64,000 bases of DNA from Octopus vulgaris (lineage: Eukaryota). Positions 49,187-61,908 of this stretch are shown piece after piece. The position numbers and the translations under genes are program-made. How positions within the stretch are numbered: the stretch's first letter is position 1; every line of letters begins with the position of its first letter. The stretch is from positions 68,324,001 through 68,388,000 of the forward strand of contig OX597831.1 in assembly GCA_951406725.2 (NCBI GenBank), given 5' to 3'. Under the pieces are notes generated by a model. The model had not been told where the DNA came from, searched no databases, and saw nothing but the letters and a program-made list of their open reading frames with translations.

Positions 49187-50325
49187 CGGCTGCTCTCTGT
49201 GCACTCATTTCTTTTTCTTATTTTACCAGTTTTTTTTCTGTGCTTGAGTTGGTGTATATGTTGGGGTAATTGTTTTATAGAAGAATGTCCTTCACACAGC
49301 TATTCATTAGACCAGCGTAAACTGCTCTTTGTATTTCTGGTTACCTTTTTTCCTGTCTGGCAAATTTAAGCAAGTTGTGTTGTATGTATGTCTTGTTTTT
49401 ACTCAGGTACACATCACTGTATCTAAAAAAAAATTTGAAATTAAGCCCAAGAGATCATCAGTCCAGCTTCTAAGCAATGTAGCTATTGCTGTTCTGCTGC
49501 TAAATGTTAATATTCATTCAGTTTCAAAACTTTCATCTGTTCTTACAATTCATTACTGCAAAACTATTGACTTGAGTTTTATCAAACATTATATCAGGAA
49601 ATGTGTCAACTACTGACACAAACCAGCATTCAGTATATCATATAAGACTATCACTAAAACTTGATAATTAATGGAATTCTAGTGGTCAAATTCAAGGAAG
49701 GATATTAGTTCGTTTTTAACTTGTTGCAAAGGTCTTGAATGTTGGAGAAAGACAAATTCAAATAACATGTTGTTCAAAATTTTTTCATGGTCAGAAATTT
49801 GATTCCTAACCACGTGGTTCTAGGTTCAGTTCCAATGTGTAATACCTTGGGTAAGTGTTTTCTACTATAGCCTCGCAGTGTTTAGCTTGGCCTTACAAAA
49901 TGGATCTGCTACATCCACACTTTGGATGGAACAACATTATATCTTCTACCTATGGACTCGTCTGCTTTTCGTACTTACATCTCCTCTTTCTTGTAACCAT
50001 TCTCCACTTCCACCTCTCAGTACTCTCATCCTCTTTTTCTGTCACTCCTCTCCATTCTCTTCCTCTCTTTTTCCTTTCCACTTTTCTCTTCCTTTTCTGT
50101 CTCTACATATCTTTTGCACACTCACATGCATAAATTATATACACCTTCACACACATGACCAACACTCATGTGTACACACATGCATGCAAACATATACATA
50201 CACTCACGAACTGATTCACACAAATCACTCAGTTTCCTGACCCTACATCCTACTGCTACTGAGCCCTTGCTACTGACTTGTTAAATCCACACTTACACTC
50301 ACCCAAAAAACTCACAAGCACACAT

Positions 50326-50780
50326 ACGATGGTTGGCAGAAAAGTTCATAGGCTGACTACAACATTCTCACTCACAGAATGTGACAAAATAAGGTTTATT
50401 TTTCAACACAGTTCCCCTTGTGATCTACTCACTTCTTCCGTTGGTGTTGCAGTGCTAAGTGGGGTTTTTTTTCATTTTGGAGAAAAATTGATAGTCAGAG
50501 GAGCCAAATCAGGAGAATAGGGAAGATGATCAACCAGTTCACAGCCTCAGTCATGCACAGCAGCCATTGAAACCAAGGGCATGTGTGCTGGAGCATTGTT
50601 CTAATGAAACAAGACAGGTTTCATTAGTCTTCCCGAGCGTTTTGTCTTGATAACCTTTTATAACTGCCTCAGCAAGTTGGCATATTACTCTCCATTGGTG
50701 TTGTGGCCCTTTTGAAGATAATAAATACAATATGTTTTGCATCCCCCAAAACCTGAGCCATCACATTCTCTGCAGAGACA
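50326..50780 (-). mobile_element. mariner fragment
   Basis: TIR TACGATGGTTGGCAGAAAAGTTCATAGGCT (cf. 32834); minus strand PYSPDLAPLT. Confidence 0.65.
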
Positions 50781-50939
50781 TCAAGTTGAGAAGGCTTTTG
50801 ACTGGGTATCATGCACAGTAATCTGGTACTTATTATGGAAGTTAGGTGTTGATGAATGACTTGTGAGAATAAAGATGCAATAAGTAAAATGAGTCAGCAA
50901 TGACTTGTTAGAGGGATTTAGTGTGACGGTTAGAGTCCA

Positions 50940-51870
50940 TCAAGACTCAGCTCTCAGTGACCCAGCCCTTATTCCTCATTGTCCTACAGTCCATCACAGA
51001 GGAGTTTAAGACTAGTGGTCCATGTGAGATGCTGATGACTGAGTTCTCATGGGCGAGTCCATATAGGAGTTAGAGAAGAAATTGCAGGAATGGAAACTAA
51101 ATCAGGAATTGAGAGGCCTTAGGTTAAACCTAGAAAAAGACAAAGGTGTTAATAATTAGAAAAGAAGACAGGACTCTGCTTGCTATACTGAAAAGGAGTA
51201 TGTATAAACTTCATATACTGTACTCATTTTAAGCTGTGAACATACTAGAGATGTAAAGGAATCACTGGCAGATGAAGGCTTTGTATGTGGTGGAGGCACT
51301 GGAGCAGCTAATACTAGCATTCCAGAAATCGAGTCACTTGAATATCCAAATGGCTCACTAGAATTAGTTGATAACTCTTGTTGCTTAGGTAATATAATTA
51401 GCAAGGGAGTTGGCTGCTCTGTATGTATATTAGCTGGAATAAGAACTGGCAATAAAGGTTTTCTTTCCACAAAGTGAAAGGTAAATTATATGATGCTTGT
51501 GCTAGAACTGCAATACTCCATGGTAGTGAAACATGGGTCTTAAATGCAGTGGATATGAGATGACTGGAAAGGAACGAAGCTAGCATGTTTCACTGGATGT
51601 GCCAAGTAAGTGTGCATGAACGTTTATGCAGAGAGAAAGATTGGGCTCAAGAGGAGTAAGATTTAGTGCATGCTGGTATGGACATACGATGTATGAGGAT
51701 GAGGACAACTGCATCTTTATACAGTGCTTGTCATTCAATGTGGCTGGAGCCAGTCGATGAGGAACACCCAAAAAGATATGGGATGAAATGGTGAAGGCTG
51801 ACCTCGGGATCCTGATCCTCACAAAGCGAATAACAAAGACCTTGATATCTGGTGATATGAGGCTCTAGAA
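50940..51870 (+). mobile_element. very degenerate RTE LINE fragment
   Basis: Colinear with the 22787 copy (KLYDACARTAILHGSETW). Confidence 0.8.
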
Positions 51871-51877
51871 GCACTGT

Positions 51878-52250
51878 ATAGTAATGAAATTATTGTATAC
51901 AGTGCTCAGGTGCACAACTTGTCAAAAGTGCATATAAAGTATATGCAGTAATGTACAAATGTCTGGAAAGCGAACAGTGTATGAGTCAGATACATGCTTG
52001 TGTGTGTATGGAGGGGGGGAAAATCAGGTGTAGTGTTGGTGAATCTCAGGAAGCATGGAAGTTTTGAAGGATGCAGTGCTCCGACAACTAACAACTGATG
52101 CCGGCAGTTTGTTCCATGCTTCAGCAACTCTTAGCGCAAAATAATGTTTCTGAAAGTCATGGGAGCTGTGTTGTTTTCTGACTTTGTAAACATGTCCACG
52201 GGTGTTAGACAGGTGGAGTTTGAAAAGGTTCTCAGGGTTTGAAAAGGTGG
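51878..52250 (-). mobile_element. CR1-clade LINE 3' end
   Basis: NTRGHVYKV...FALRVAEAWNKLPASVV. Confidence 0.85.
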
Positions 52251-53207
52251 TCAGAGTTGAAAAGGTGATGCATATGTGCATGTGTGTATATGTGTATACA
52301 TAAGTGTGCTTGTGTATATATATTTATATGTATACAAGAGCTCCCCAATCATTCAATCCCCACCTTGTGTTGCCCCTCTACCCCCCACATACATCATATC
52401 ATCCTTGTCTATCCTCATCAGGGCTGGACCTAGGGTTGCTGGTGCTGTGGGTAAGCTGAGCTTTGGTGTGTACAAGCTGATGGTCGTGGAAATTTCCTAG
52501 TCTTTGTTACGCCCTACTTCGTGCCCCCTAGCACATGGTGCCCCAGGCGACTGCCTAAGTACCCTGTATCCTGATCCCACTATTCTCGCTAGCCATTCTG
52601 TATCCATTAATATCGTTCCCCACACCCACCTATTACAGTTGCGTTCCCCTTCTCCAGAGCACCAAATTATCTATTTTCATGCATTGTGCATGTTTTATTT
52701 CTCTACTTCACTACTGTAGCCTACCAAGCACACCATCTCTTTCTGTCTCTCTCTCTCTCTTCCCTTTCTGTCAATGATACTGTTATTACCATACTGCCAT
52801 ACTGCTAGTATCCCTGTTACTTCCCCACCCAGCACATGCCAGCATGGAACAAAGATGTTAAATGAAGATGATAATGATGATGACAGTGATGAAAAAAATC
52901 CACCACATTACAGAAGGAATGCATTCTAAAATCTTGCTATAACAAAAAATTCCATAATGCCAAATTATTTTTTTTTATCAGGGATGATACATTCCAACAG
53001 GTTTTCCTACAAAAAAATAATAAATAAATAAAATGAGAGAATAGCAACAGCAACAACTACAAAAATAAAGCAACATGACCACTTCTATGCTTGAAAATAG
53101 CAATTTCTAAACATACTCACTATAATATGCACATATAAAAATATTTGAAGAAAAATGTGTTAGGGAAGAAATAAGTATTGTAATATCATAATATGATACT
53201 TTCTTAC

Positions 53208-53260
53208 CTCAAAAGATGTTGAGTACTGGGTGAGTGAAGGTGGCAGTAGATTCAGAGTTA
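53208..53260 (-). other. candidate 53-nt exon
   Basis: ctcaccctttcAG|...TTTGAG|GTAAGA; one open frame [17 protein letters not shown]. Confidence 0.25.
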
Positions 53261-53270
53261 CTGAAAGGGT

Positions 53271-53333
<63 letters not shown>

Positions 53334-53338
53334 ATATG

Positions 53339-53379
<41 letters not shown>

Positions 53380-53384
53380 ATATG

Positions 53385-53438
<54 letters not shown>

Positions 53439-53456
53439 CATATGTATGTATATATG

Positions 53457-53765
53457 TCATCATCATCATCATCATCATCGTTTAACGTCCGTTCTCCATG
53501 CTAGCATGGGTTGGACGGTTCGACCGGGGTTCTGGGAAGCCAGAAGGCTGCACCAGGCTCCAGTCTAATCTGGCAATGTTTCTACAGCTGGATGCCCTTC
53601 CTAACGCCAACCACTCCGTGAGTGTAGTGGGTGCTTTTTACGTGCCACCTGCACAGGTGCCAGGCGAGGCTGGCAACGGCCACGGTCGGATTGGTGTATT
53701 TTATGTGCCACCGGCACGGAAGCCAGTCGAGGCGGTGCTGGCATCGGCCACGAGTCGGATTGGCT
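53457..53765 (-). mobile_element. RTE 3' UTR fragment within TA-rich microsatellite
   Basis: (CAT)n and conserved end. Confidence 0.9.
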
Positions 53766-53945
53766 ATATATATATATATATATATACACATATGTATGTA
53801 TATATGTATGTGTATATATATATATATATAATTATATGTATGTATATATACATATATATATAATTATATGTATGTATATATAATTATATGTATGTATATA
53901 TGTATGTATGTATGCATGTGTGTGCGGGTGTGTGTTTGTGTGTAT

Positions 53946-53992
<47 letters not shown>

Positions 53993-54461
53993 AATGGACA
54001 AAAAGAAATGATGAGGGACAGATAGATAAAAATACATGAATGCACTTTGTGACCCCCCCCCCAAATATAAATAAACCCTTGGATACAAACGCAAGCACAA
54101 ACATACACATGTACACACAGACACACACACATATATGTACATCACGATTGTAGTTTTTCAAGTATACTTTGATCTTAGCTAAAATGGCAAGAAGATGCCT
54201 TTTGGGTAGGAAGAAATTGTAATTGTTGAATCGTCAAAATTTATCTGAGTCTCTGTGAAGGTGAAATCTCATTTCTTCATACATTCATAATGGGGGAATT
54301 TTTGTATATGTGTATGTGTGTGTGTTGTGTGTGTTGAGTGTGTGTGTGTTGTGTGTGTACTACTAAATACACACACATCAAAACAAAAGTCGAAAATTTT
54401 GTATATTTTTGATTCCATCTTACAAAATCAGAAAACAGCACAGCTCCCATGACTTTAGGAA

Positions 54462-54737
54462 ACATTTTTTCACGCTGAGAGTTGCTGAAGCATGGAACAA
54501 ACTGCCGGCATCAGTTGTTAGTTGTTGGAGCACTGCATCCTTCAAAACTTCCATGTGTTCTGAGATTCGCCAACACTACACCTGATTTTCTCCCCTGCAT
54601 ACACACACAAGCATGTATCTGACTCATGCATTGTTCACTTTCCAGATATTTGTACATTACTGCATATACTTTATACGCACTGTTTGACAAGTTGTGGTGC
54701 ACCTGAGCACTGTATACAATAATTTCATTATCATTAT
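54462..54737 (+). mobile_element. CR1-clade LINE 3' end
   Basis: Inverted homolog of 51878-52150. Confidence 0.85.
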
Positions 54738-55089
54738 GTGTTTCATTTCAGGATAGGCGTTAAAAAGATATACATGTAGGAAAATGTACATGGCATCTCC
54801 TATCCATCATTCTTCAGACAAAGATTCAGAAATAATACTAAGAATATTGTTTCAAAATCTTTGTCTAAGAATGACGGACAGGAGATTCTATATATGTTTT
54901 TCTACATGTATGCCTTTGTATCTTTTATCCTGTAAAGTAACACATGTAGCAAGGAATTTAAAATATAACAAATTTTTCCATTCTTTTATTTTGATGGTTA
55001 TAAATGTGCATCTGCATCATTCAAATGATGTTTTGATGTATAATTACTCTACAAATAGAATTCACCAAAAATTTCAAATGCTATAAGCC

Positions 55090-55697
55090 TCACCTATGTA
55101 TATAAAACTCAACTTGTGTATCTGTGTGTGTGTCTGTGTGTTTAACTTCCCGGCACATCTCCTCCTATCCAACAAATCGTAGAATCACCAAAAATGGGTC
55201 ACTTAAAGTTTAGGCGAATGAAAATTGAACTGCACTATTTCTGTTCCGAAATTCATCTCGCAAGTGCAAAAATCAATAATGTGTTTGTTTAGGCCTTATC
55301 CCATGCATTGAATAGCGAACTTTACTCAGTCAGCTGTTTGACGTGAACTGTTTTCACCACGCGTGCAAGCATGCGTAAATTGCATGAAAAATAAAAAATC
55401 AAGATATAAAAACGAATCGCCGTAAACATTGTAGAAATTCGGCAAAGAAATGAATTTTCGGGATGTAGCCTGGAGGGTTTTTTCGTATTAATCATTTGGA
55501 CTTTATGAACACATACCAATTGTTTTCATAACATTTTTAACGCTTTGAATTAAATGTGACCATTTTGCGTTGAGTCTGCAGTTTGAATCACTTTAACCAA
55601 ATTTTAGCAGGCCTTATTTTTGATCATCACGATACATCACCAGCGACTCCCTGAAACTCTCCCCTGAAATCCCCGTTGAGCCGGGCAATACTGCTAG
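55090..55697 (+). mobile_element. non-autonomous Helitron-like element
   Basis: 5' CTATGTATATAAAACTC + (TG)n; 3' hairpin CCCG-TTGAGC-CGGG then CTAG followed by T. Confidence 0.6.
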
Positions 55698-56570
55698 TTT
55701 AAAATAAAACATCTATTTACATATATTTGATAACAGGAACATGCAGATGTACTTCATGAGGACACAACTTGGGTTATAATCCCTTCTATACACTATACAG
55801 GTTGCGATGGGTAAATTGGTGCCATTTTATATTTTTTATTTCGCACATGCACATTGTTTGCTTTTGATTTTGTTGACTACACAGTATAGTAGGGTCAGTT
55901 GGGCACTGTCTGTGAGAAAATCAGCACCATGATGCAATTCACTCTGCCAGATGTTTGGAAACGACATGCTGTACTGCTTGGCATTTGTGCTGGAAGCTCC
56001 ATCATGAACATTTCAGAGTGTTTGGGTGTCAATCTGAGGACGTCTGCTGAGATTGAAAAAAATCAAACATCCAGTCAACATCATGGTGTTTGGAGTGATC
56101 ACTAGTGATGGTAATGTTATGCCTTCATTCATTTTCCCACATAGCCTCAGACTCCACATGAAGGCCTACATCAAGTGCCTGGAGGAGGAAGTGCTGCCCT
56201 GGGTCAAGAGGGAGGCTGCTGGAAGACCCTATGTCTGGCAAAAGGACTCTGCACCATGTCACACAAGCAGGAGAACCTAGTCATGGCTATCAGACAATTT
56301 CTGCGACCACATCACCTCTGAAATCTGGCCACCTAACTCCCCAGACTGCAACCTCCTTGATTATTATGCGTTGCAGTTGAGCCAGAGACCAACAAAACTC
56401 CCTGTAACACCAAAGATGAACTGAAGGCAAGGATTATGGCAACATTCACCAACTTAAAGAAGGAGACTGCCCAAAAAAGTTGCAGGAGATTCCGAAGACA
56501 TTTGGAGGCCATAGTTGAATAAATTTACTCGTTAGTATTTGAAGATATTTTTATGTAATTTTAGTAAATA

Positions 56571-57853
56571 CGAGGGACGTTCAATAAGTAATGCCTCTGA
56601 CCCACTTGCAATTGTTTGATCTAGCTGAAATTTTGCATGTGCAATTATTTATATCTCTATAGAGTAAGTGGCAAATTACAGCTCTGAATTAATTGTGGTT
56701 TCTGATTTACAGGTGCTTGAACCGAGTCAAGTGTGAAATGGAGCCTGTTGAGTGTTGAGCAGTGATCCGGTTTTTGTATTTGAAAGGACGCACACCACGG
56801 GAGACTTTTGATGAAATGAAAGTAATTTATGGTAATGATGCCCCATAATATGACCTTGTAAAACGCTGGCATCGTGAATTCAAACATGGTCGGAACTCTG
56901 TGGAAACAGCTCCCAGATCTGGTCGCCCCCTTCTGCCATTGATGAGGCATCTGTCCGTCAAGTTGAGGCTGCCATTTTGGAAGATCGACGCATAATTATT
57001 CGCCAAATAGTCCATGAGGTCAAGATTAGTACCGGGTCTGTGGAAACTATCATTCATGACCATTTACATATTCAAAAGGTGTCTGCCAGATGGATTCCCA
57101 GGTTGCTCACGCCTTTCCAGAAGCAAGAACGCGTCGAGTGCTCGAGGGTGAATTTGGAGATGTGCCAAGAAGATGAGTCAAAATTTTTCAAAAGACTGAT
57201 TACACAGGATGAAACCTGGGTCAATCACGATGATCCAGAGACCAAAGCCCAGTCAATGCAGTGGAAGCACCGTGACTCATCCCCTCCAAAAAAGGCAAGG
57301 GTGCAGCCCTCCGCTGGCAAGGTCATGCTCACAGTCTTCTGGGACCAGGACGGAGTAGTGATGACAGATTTCCTGGCAAAGGGTACCACAATTGCAGGAG
57401 CCTATTATGCTTCACTTTTGAGGAAATTAAGAGAAGCTATCAAAATCAAGAGGTGGGGCAAGATCAGCAAAGGCATCCTCCTCCTGCAGGACAACGCTCC
57501 GGTCCACAACTCGCTTGTCGCCAGATCAGAAGCACAGGCGTATGGCTATGAACTCCTCCCCATCTTTCCTGACCTTGCACCCTCTGATTTTCACCTCTTC
57601 CCAATCATGAAGTTGTTTTTGAAAGGAAAGCGTTTCCCAGATGATGCAGCCTTGATTTCTGAAGTCACGTTGAGGTTGGAGGACCAAGCTGGGGTCTTCT
57701 ACAAAAACGGTCTCCAGGGCCGCATCAAACGATGGGAGAAATGCGTAACTCTGGGTGGTTCCTATGTAGAAAAAGTCTAATAACTGTGCCAAGTTTCGTT
57801 GCTCTACTGCTATGGGAAGTGGGTCAGGGGCATTACTTATTGAACGCCCCTCG
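56571..57853 (+). mobile_element. full-length mariner (1283 bp)
   Basis: TIRs CGAGGGRCGTTCAATAAGTAATGCCYCTGACCCACTT; TA at 56569-56570 and 57854-57855. Confidence 0.95.
56738..57780 (+). pseudogene. mariner transposase pseudogene
   Basis: MEPVEC*AVIRFL start with two stops and a frameshift; 267-aa open part with WIPRLL, TQDETW, LQDNAP, PDLAPSDFHLF. Confidence 0.9.
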
Positions 57854-57940
57854 TATATCTGTTAAAATGAGATGTCAGTGTTATTTTCATTTTCAAGCAA
57901 TTTAGATGGCAGTTTATTCATAGGACTCCGTATATGTTTG

Positions 57941-58022
57941 AAGCTCTGATGAAGCTATAAGGTGTTACTCAGACACTCAACAATGAGTCAACTGCATCTT
58001 ATGGCAGAAACAGCTATAAGTT
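57941..58022 (+). ncRNA. hammerhead ribozyme motif with long stem II (mutated)
   Basis: GCT-CTGATGA-A-GCTATAAGGTGT...GCATCTTATGGC-A-GAAAC-AGCT-ATA-AGT. Confidence 0.55.
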
Positions 58023-58166
58023 AAGGAAGTTCATAAAATAACTGTTTCTTCCTGTCATCTCATTTTTTTTTTATTGCTCTGTACTCGACTAATGCTTAAG
58101 TATATTGAGTTGTACATCAGGTTATTTAGTCTTCCAATGCCTGAGTGAATTATTAAAAGACTACAT

Positions 58167-58176
58167 ATGTATGTGT

Positions 58177-58209
<33 letters not shown>

Positions 58210-58228
58210 AGTGTGTGTGAGTGTGTGT

Positions 58229-58269
<41 letters not shown>

Positions 58270-58361
58270 TGTGTGTGTGTGTGAGTGTGTGTGTGAGTGT
58301 GTGTGTGTGTGAGTGTGTGTGTGAGTGTGTGTGAGTGTGTGTGTGTGAGTGTGTGTTTGTG
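58167..58361. repeat. (GT)n/(GTGA) microsatellite
   Basis: Directly visible. Confidence 0.95.
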
Positions 58362-59503
58362 TCTACCCTTGTCTTCACCTCATGCATTGGTCGTAGATGT
58401 GTATCACCATCATGAAAATGATGATGTTCATTTCCTGTTTACTGTGGGAAATGTTAGCTTGCTAGGAAACAAGTGAGGGTTGGCAACAGGAAAAGCATCC
58501 AGCTGTAGAATATCTGCCTCAAGAAATTCCATCTGAACCATGCAAGCATGGAAAAATGGACTTTAAATGATGATGATGATGATTATGATGATGATGATGA
58601 TGATAGTGTATGGTTATATAATCAACTGTTTCTTTACTCCACCCTACCAATTACTTGTGAAGTTCATCCTGTAGTTATGTCTTTGTATGTGTGTTTGTGT
58701 GTGTGTATGTGTGTGTGTATCACACAGAAGATCGTACCTGTGTGTGCATGTAAATGTGTGTGCATATGTAAGTGAGTGTGTGTGTGTGTGTGTACATGTA
58801 AGCATGTGTTTGCATCCATGAGCTGTGTTATTTTCAGAGTCTTTATTCTCCTTTTACCACTGTTTGTCAGTTCCAGTTTTTCTCTATCTTTCTTTATCTC
58901 ACCCCACTCAGCTGTATCCAACTCACACCCAGGCTCACGTTGTTCCTCCTACCCTTGAAATATAACCCACTGTACTATTATCATTTTATAAGTTATAGGA
59001 TAAAAAAAAATCTCTCAGCTTACTCGAACTGAAATTTACAGTCTAATATTAAAGAGTGGAAGAAAATATTTAAAAGCAAACTGCAAAAGTACACAAAAAT
59101 ATCCTAAAGGAATATATGAATAGAAAATTTCAATAAAGATCTTTGGAAAACTAGGTATGTAGTTACTAATTTACTAGCCTTTGTGATCTTTCCATATTGC
59201 ATATGTTGTGAAGTAGGTGGAACAAGCAGTTAGCTCATTAAAACAAAATTTTTCGGTATGAAAGCATTTTTACAGATTTTTAAATAGATATACTTTTTCT
59301 TCAATGTGTTAGTAAAAGTGAGATGTGTGTGTGTGTAAGTGTGTGTGTGTGTGTGTGTGCATGAATGTGTGTGCATGTGTGTGCATGCATGTGTGTGAGT
59401 GTTTATAGAACTCAAAGTGGTCACTAACAAAGTGGCAAGACTCTTTTGGTTAAGCAAAGACAGTTCTTGGGGTTTGTGGTTATCTGAATTGGTTGGTGTA
59501 TGC

Positions 59504-59701
59504 ATACTCTCTTTTACATGTTTCAGTCATTTGACTGCGGCCATGCTGGAGCACCGCCTTTAGTCGAGCAAATCGACCCCGGGACTTATTCTTTGTAAGC
59601 CTAGTACTTATTCTATTGGTCTCTTTTGCCGAACCGCTAAGTGACAGAGATGTAAACACACCAGCATCGGTTGTCAAGCAATCCTAGGGGGACAAACACA
59701 A

Positions 59702-59734
<33 letters not shown>

Positions 59735-59904
59735 CATATATACGACAAGCTTCTTGCAGTTTCCGTCTACCAAATCCACTCACAAGGCATTGGTCGGCCC
59801 GGGGCTATAGCAGAAGACACTTGCCCAAGATGCCACGCAGTGGGACTGAACCCGGAACCATGTGGTTGGTAAGCAAGCTACTTACCACACAGCCACTCCT
59901 GCGC
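59504..59904 (-). mobile_element. SINE family A, full-length
   Basis: As above. Confidence 0.92.
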
Positions 59905-60025
59905 ATATATGTATGTTTTGTGCATGTGAACAAACTTGTACTTGAGGGTGTGTATGTTACAGTAGAATTCAAATGTGTTCTGTTGTGACATAATTGTGTA
60001 TGTTTCATTACATTTTATGCATGTA

Positions 60026-60665
60026 CATCATCATCATCATTTAACATCCGCTTTCCATGCTAGCATGGGTTGGATGATTTGACTGAGGTCTGGTGAACCA
60101 GACTCCAATCTGGTCTGGCAGATTCTACAACTGGATGCCCTTCCTAATGCCAACCACTCTGAGAGTGTAGTGGGTGCTTTTACGTGCCACCGGCACAAGG
60201 GCCAGTTTGGTGGTACTGGCAACGGCCACGTCCAAATGGTGCTTTTTACGTGCCACCTGCACAGGAGCCAGTCCAGCGGCACTGGCGACATCCTCGCTCG
60301 AATGTTTCACGTGTCACCAGCACAAGTGCTAGTAAGGCGATGCGGTAACGATCACGTACAAATGGTGTGCTTAACGTGCCATCAGCACGGAGGCCAGCTT
60401 GTTGCTCTGGCAACAATCTCACTCGTATGGTACTCTTAGCGCTCCACTAGCAATGGATACCAGTCACCGAGTTTGATTTCAACTTCGATTTCACTTGCCT
60501 CAACTGGTCTTCACAAGCAGAGTTTAGTCTCCAATGAAGAAAAAGCACGCATAAGTGGACTGGTTACCCCCTAGCGTACACCACAAGGTTATGGTGACAC
60601 TTGCGCTTGCCGAGTCTTCTGCAGCACAGCATATTTCCAGAGGTCCCGGTCAGTAGTCATTACCA
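60026..60665 (-). mobile_element. RTE 3' portion
   Basis: (CAT)n tail, hairpin units, ORF end DRDLWKYAV. Confidence 0.85.
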
Positions 60666-61001
60666 TCCTACATAAGAAACTGTTTGCATATGTTCATCCA
60701 GGAACCTCAAAACGAGAAACCCTGAAAGGTTTTATGAATTTCCATGATCCCTCTGAACAAACATAGCTGCAGAATGCATGTCATTCTACCCTTTTCTTTT
60801 GCAGGGAACCCAAGCATTTCTAAGCTTCTCCTCAGATCTGCTGTTATTTAGCCCAGAGTACATATGGTAACAGAAACATATGAAAATCTATAGTGTGAAT
60901 ATCAGAGCTGTATGTTCACCAGTTCTCCATAATATCTAATGGGCAGCTGATCTCTACAGTGGTGCACAACTTTTGTCCCATGCAAGTATGCATGCATGTG
61001 T

Positions 61002-61045
<44 letters not shown>

Positions 61046-61871
61046 CCTTGTCTTCTGTGTCTTGCAATATTTTAGAATGTGCTTTAGAATGTGTGTGTGT
61101 GCATGGGATTTTGTACATAATTATGAGTGTTTTAGAATGTGTGTGTGTGTGTGCATAGGTTTTTGTACATAATTATGAGTGTTTGTTGCAATCTTCCATA
61201 AAAACATTTCTAGACTAAAAGAAAATATTTACTTGCTTGGAAAAAGGTGAGGCTTGGCAACAGGATCAGCATTCAGCCATTGAAAATCTACCTCAAAAAC
61301 TTTTGTGTGACCCAAGTAAAGTAGACATAAAAACAACATTGATGATGATGAAATGTGTATGTATGTGTGTGTGAGTGTATGTATGTATGTGTGTGTGTGT
61401 GCGTGCACGCTGCTGGACATACACACACACATGTGCATGCAGTAGCAACAAAATATAGAGTTATATGTTGAGAATAAATAATAAAGAAAAATGGTTTTAT
61501 TAATCCATTAAGTTGCAGCTGCTTCCCCTGAGACAGTGAAGCATTACTATGCAGTCAGTTATTTACTTCACTCTTTTTAGTTTCCTTGGAGCTTTTGAAT
61601 CCTTTGTTTAGGAAATATCTTGTTTATACACATCTTCTCCACTGGGTGACCTGATTTTGTATAGATTTATTACAAGAGAAAATACTGTAACAGATAAACA
61701 TGAACTATAAAGCAATAAGTATACCCTGAATTCAAAGAACTGATGGAATTTATTTTATGGTTAGAAGCAGATAAGAGACTAATCAGCTGTGTCTAGTTGA
61801 TCACACCACCCTTAACTATTAAAAGTGTTTTGCTGTTCCATAGACAAGTTTGTCTTTAACTACACACACGT

Positions 61872-61908
<37 letters not shown>

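Larger units (their letters stand above)
55796..57932 (+). mobile_element. internally deleted DD37D (maT) transposon hosting a mariner
   Basis: WQKDSAPCH...WPPNSPDCNLLDY with 37 residues between the last two Asp; decayed TIRs at about 55796 and 57932. Confidence 0.8.

Noticed and set aside
48950-49369. Hydrophobic membrane-protein-like ORFs
   Set aside because: Translation of a TTTGTA/TTTTTA satellite
53160-54161. YI/HT/CV-rich ORFs (also 9.9, 18.0, 22.7, 58.1 kb)
   Set aside because: Dinucleotide and tetranucleotide microsatellites
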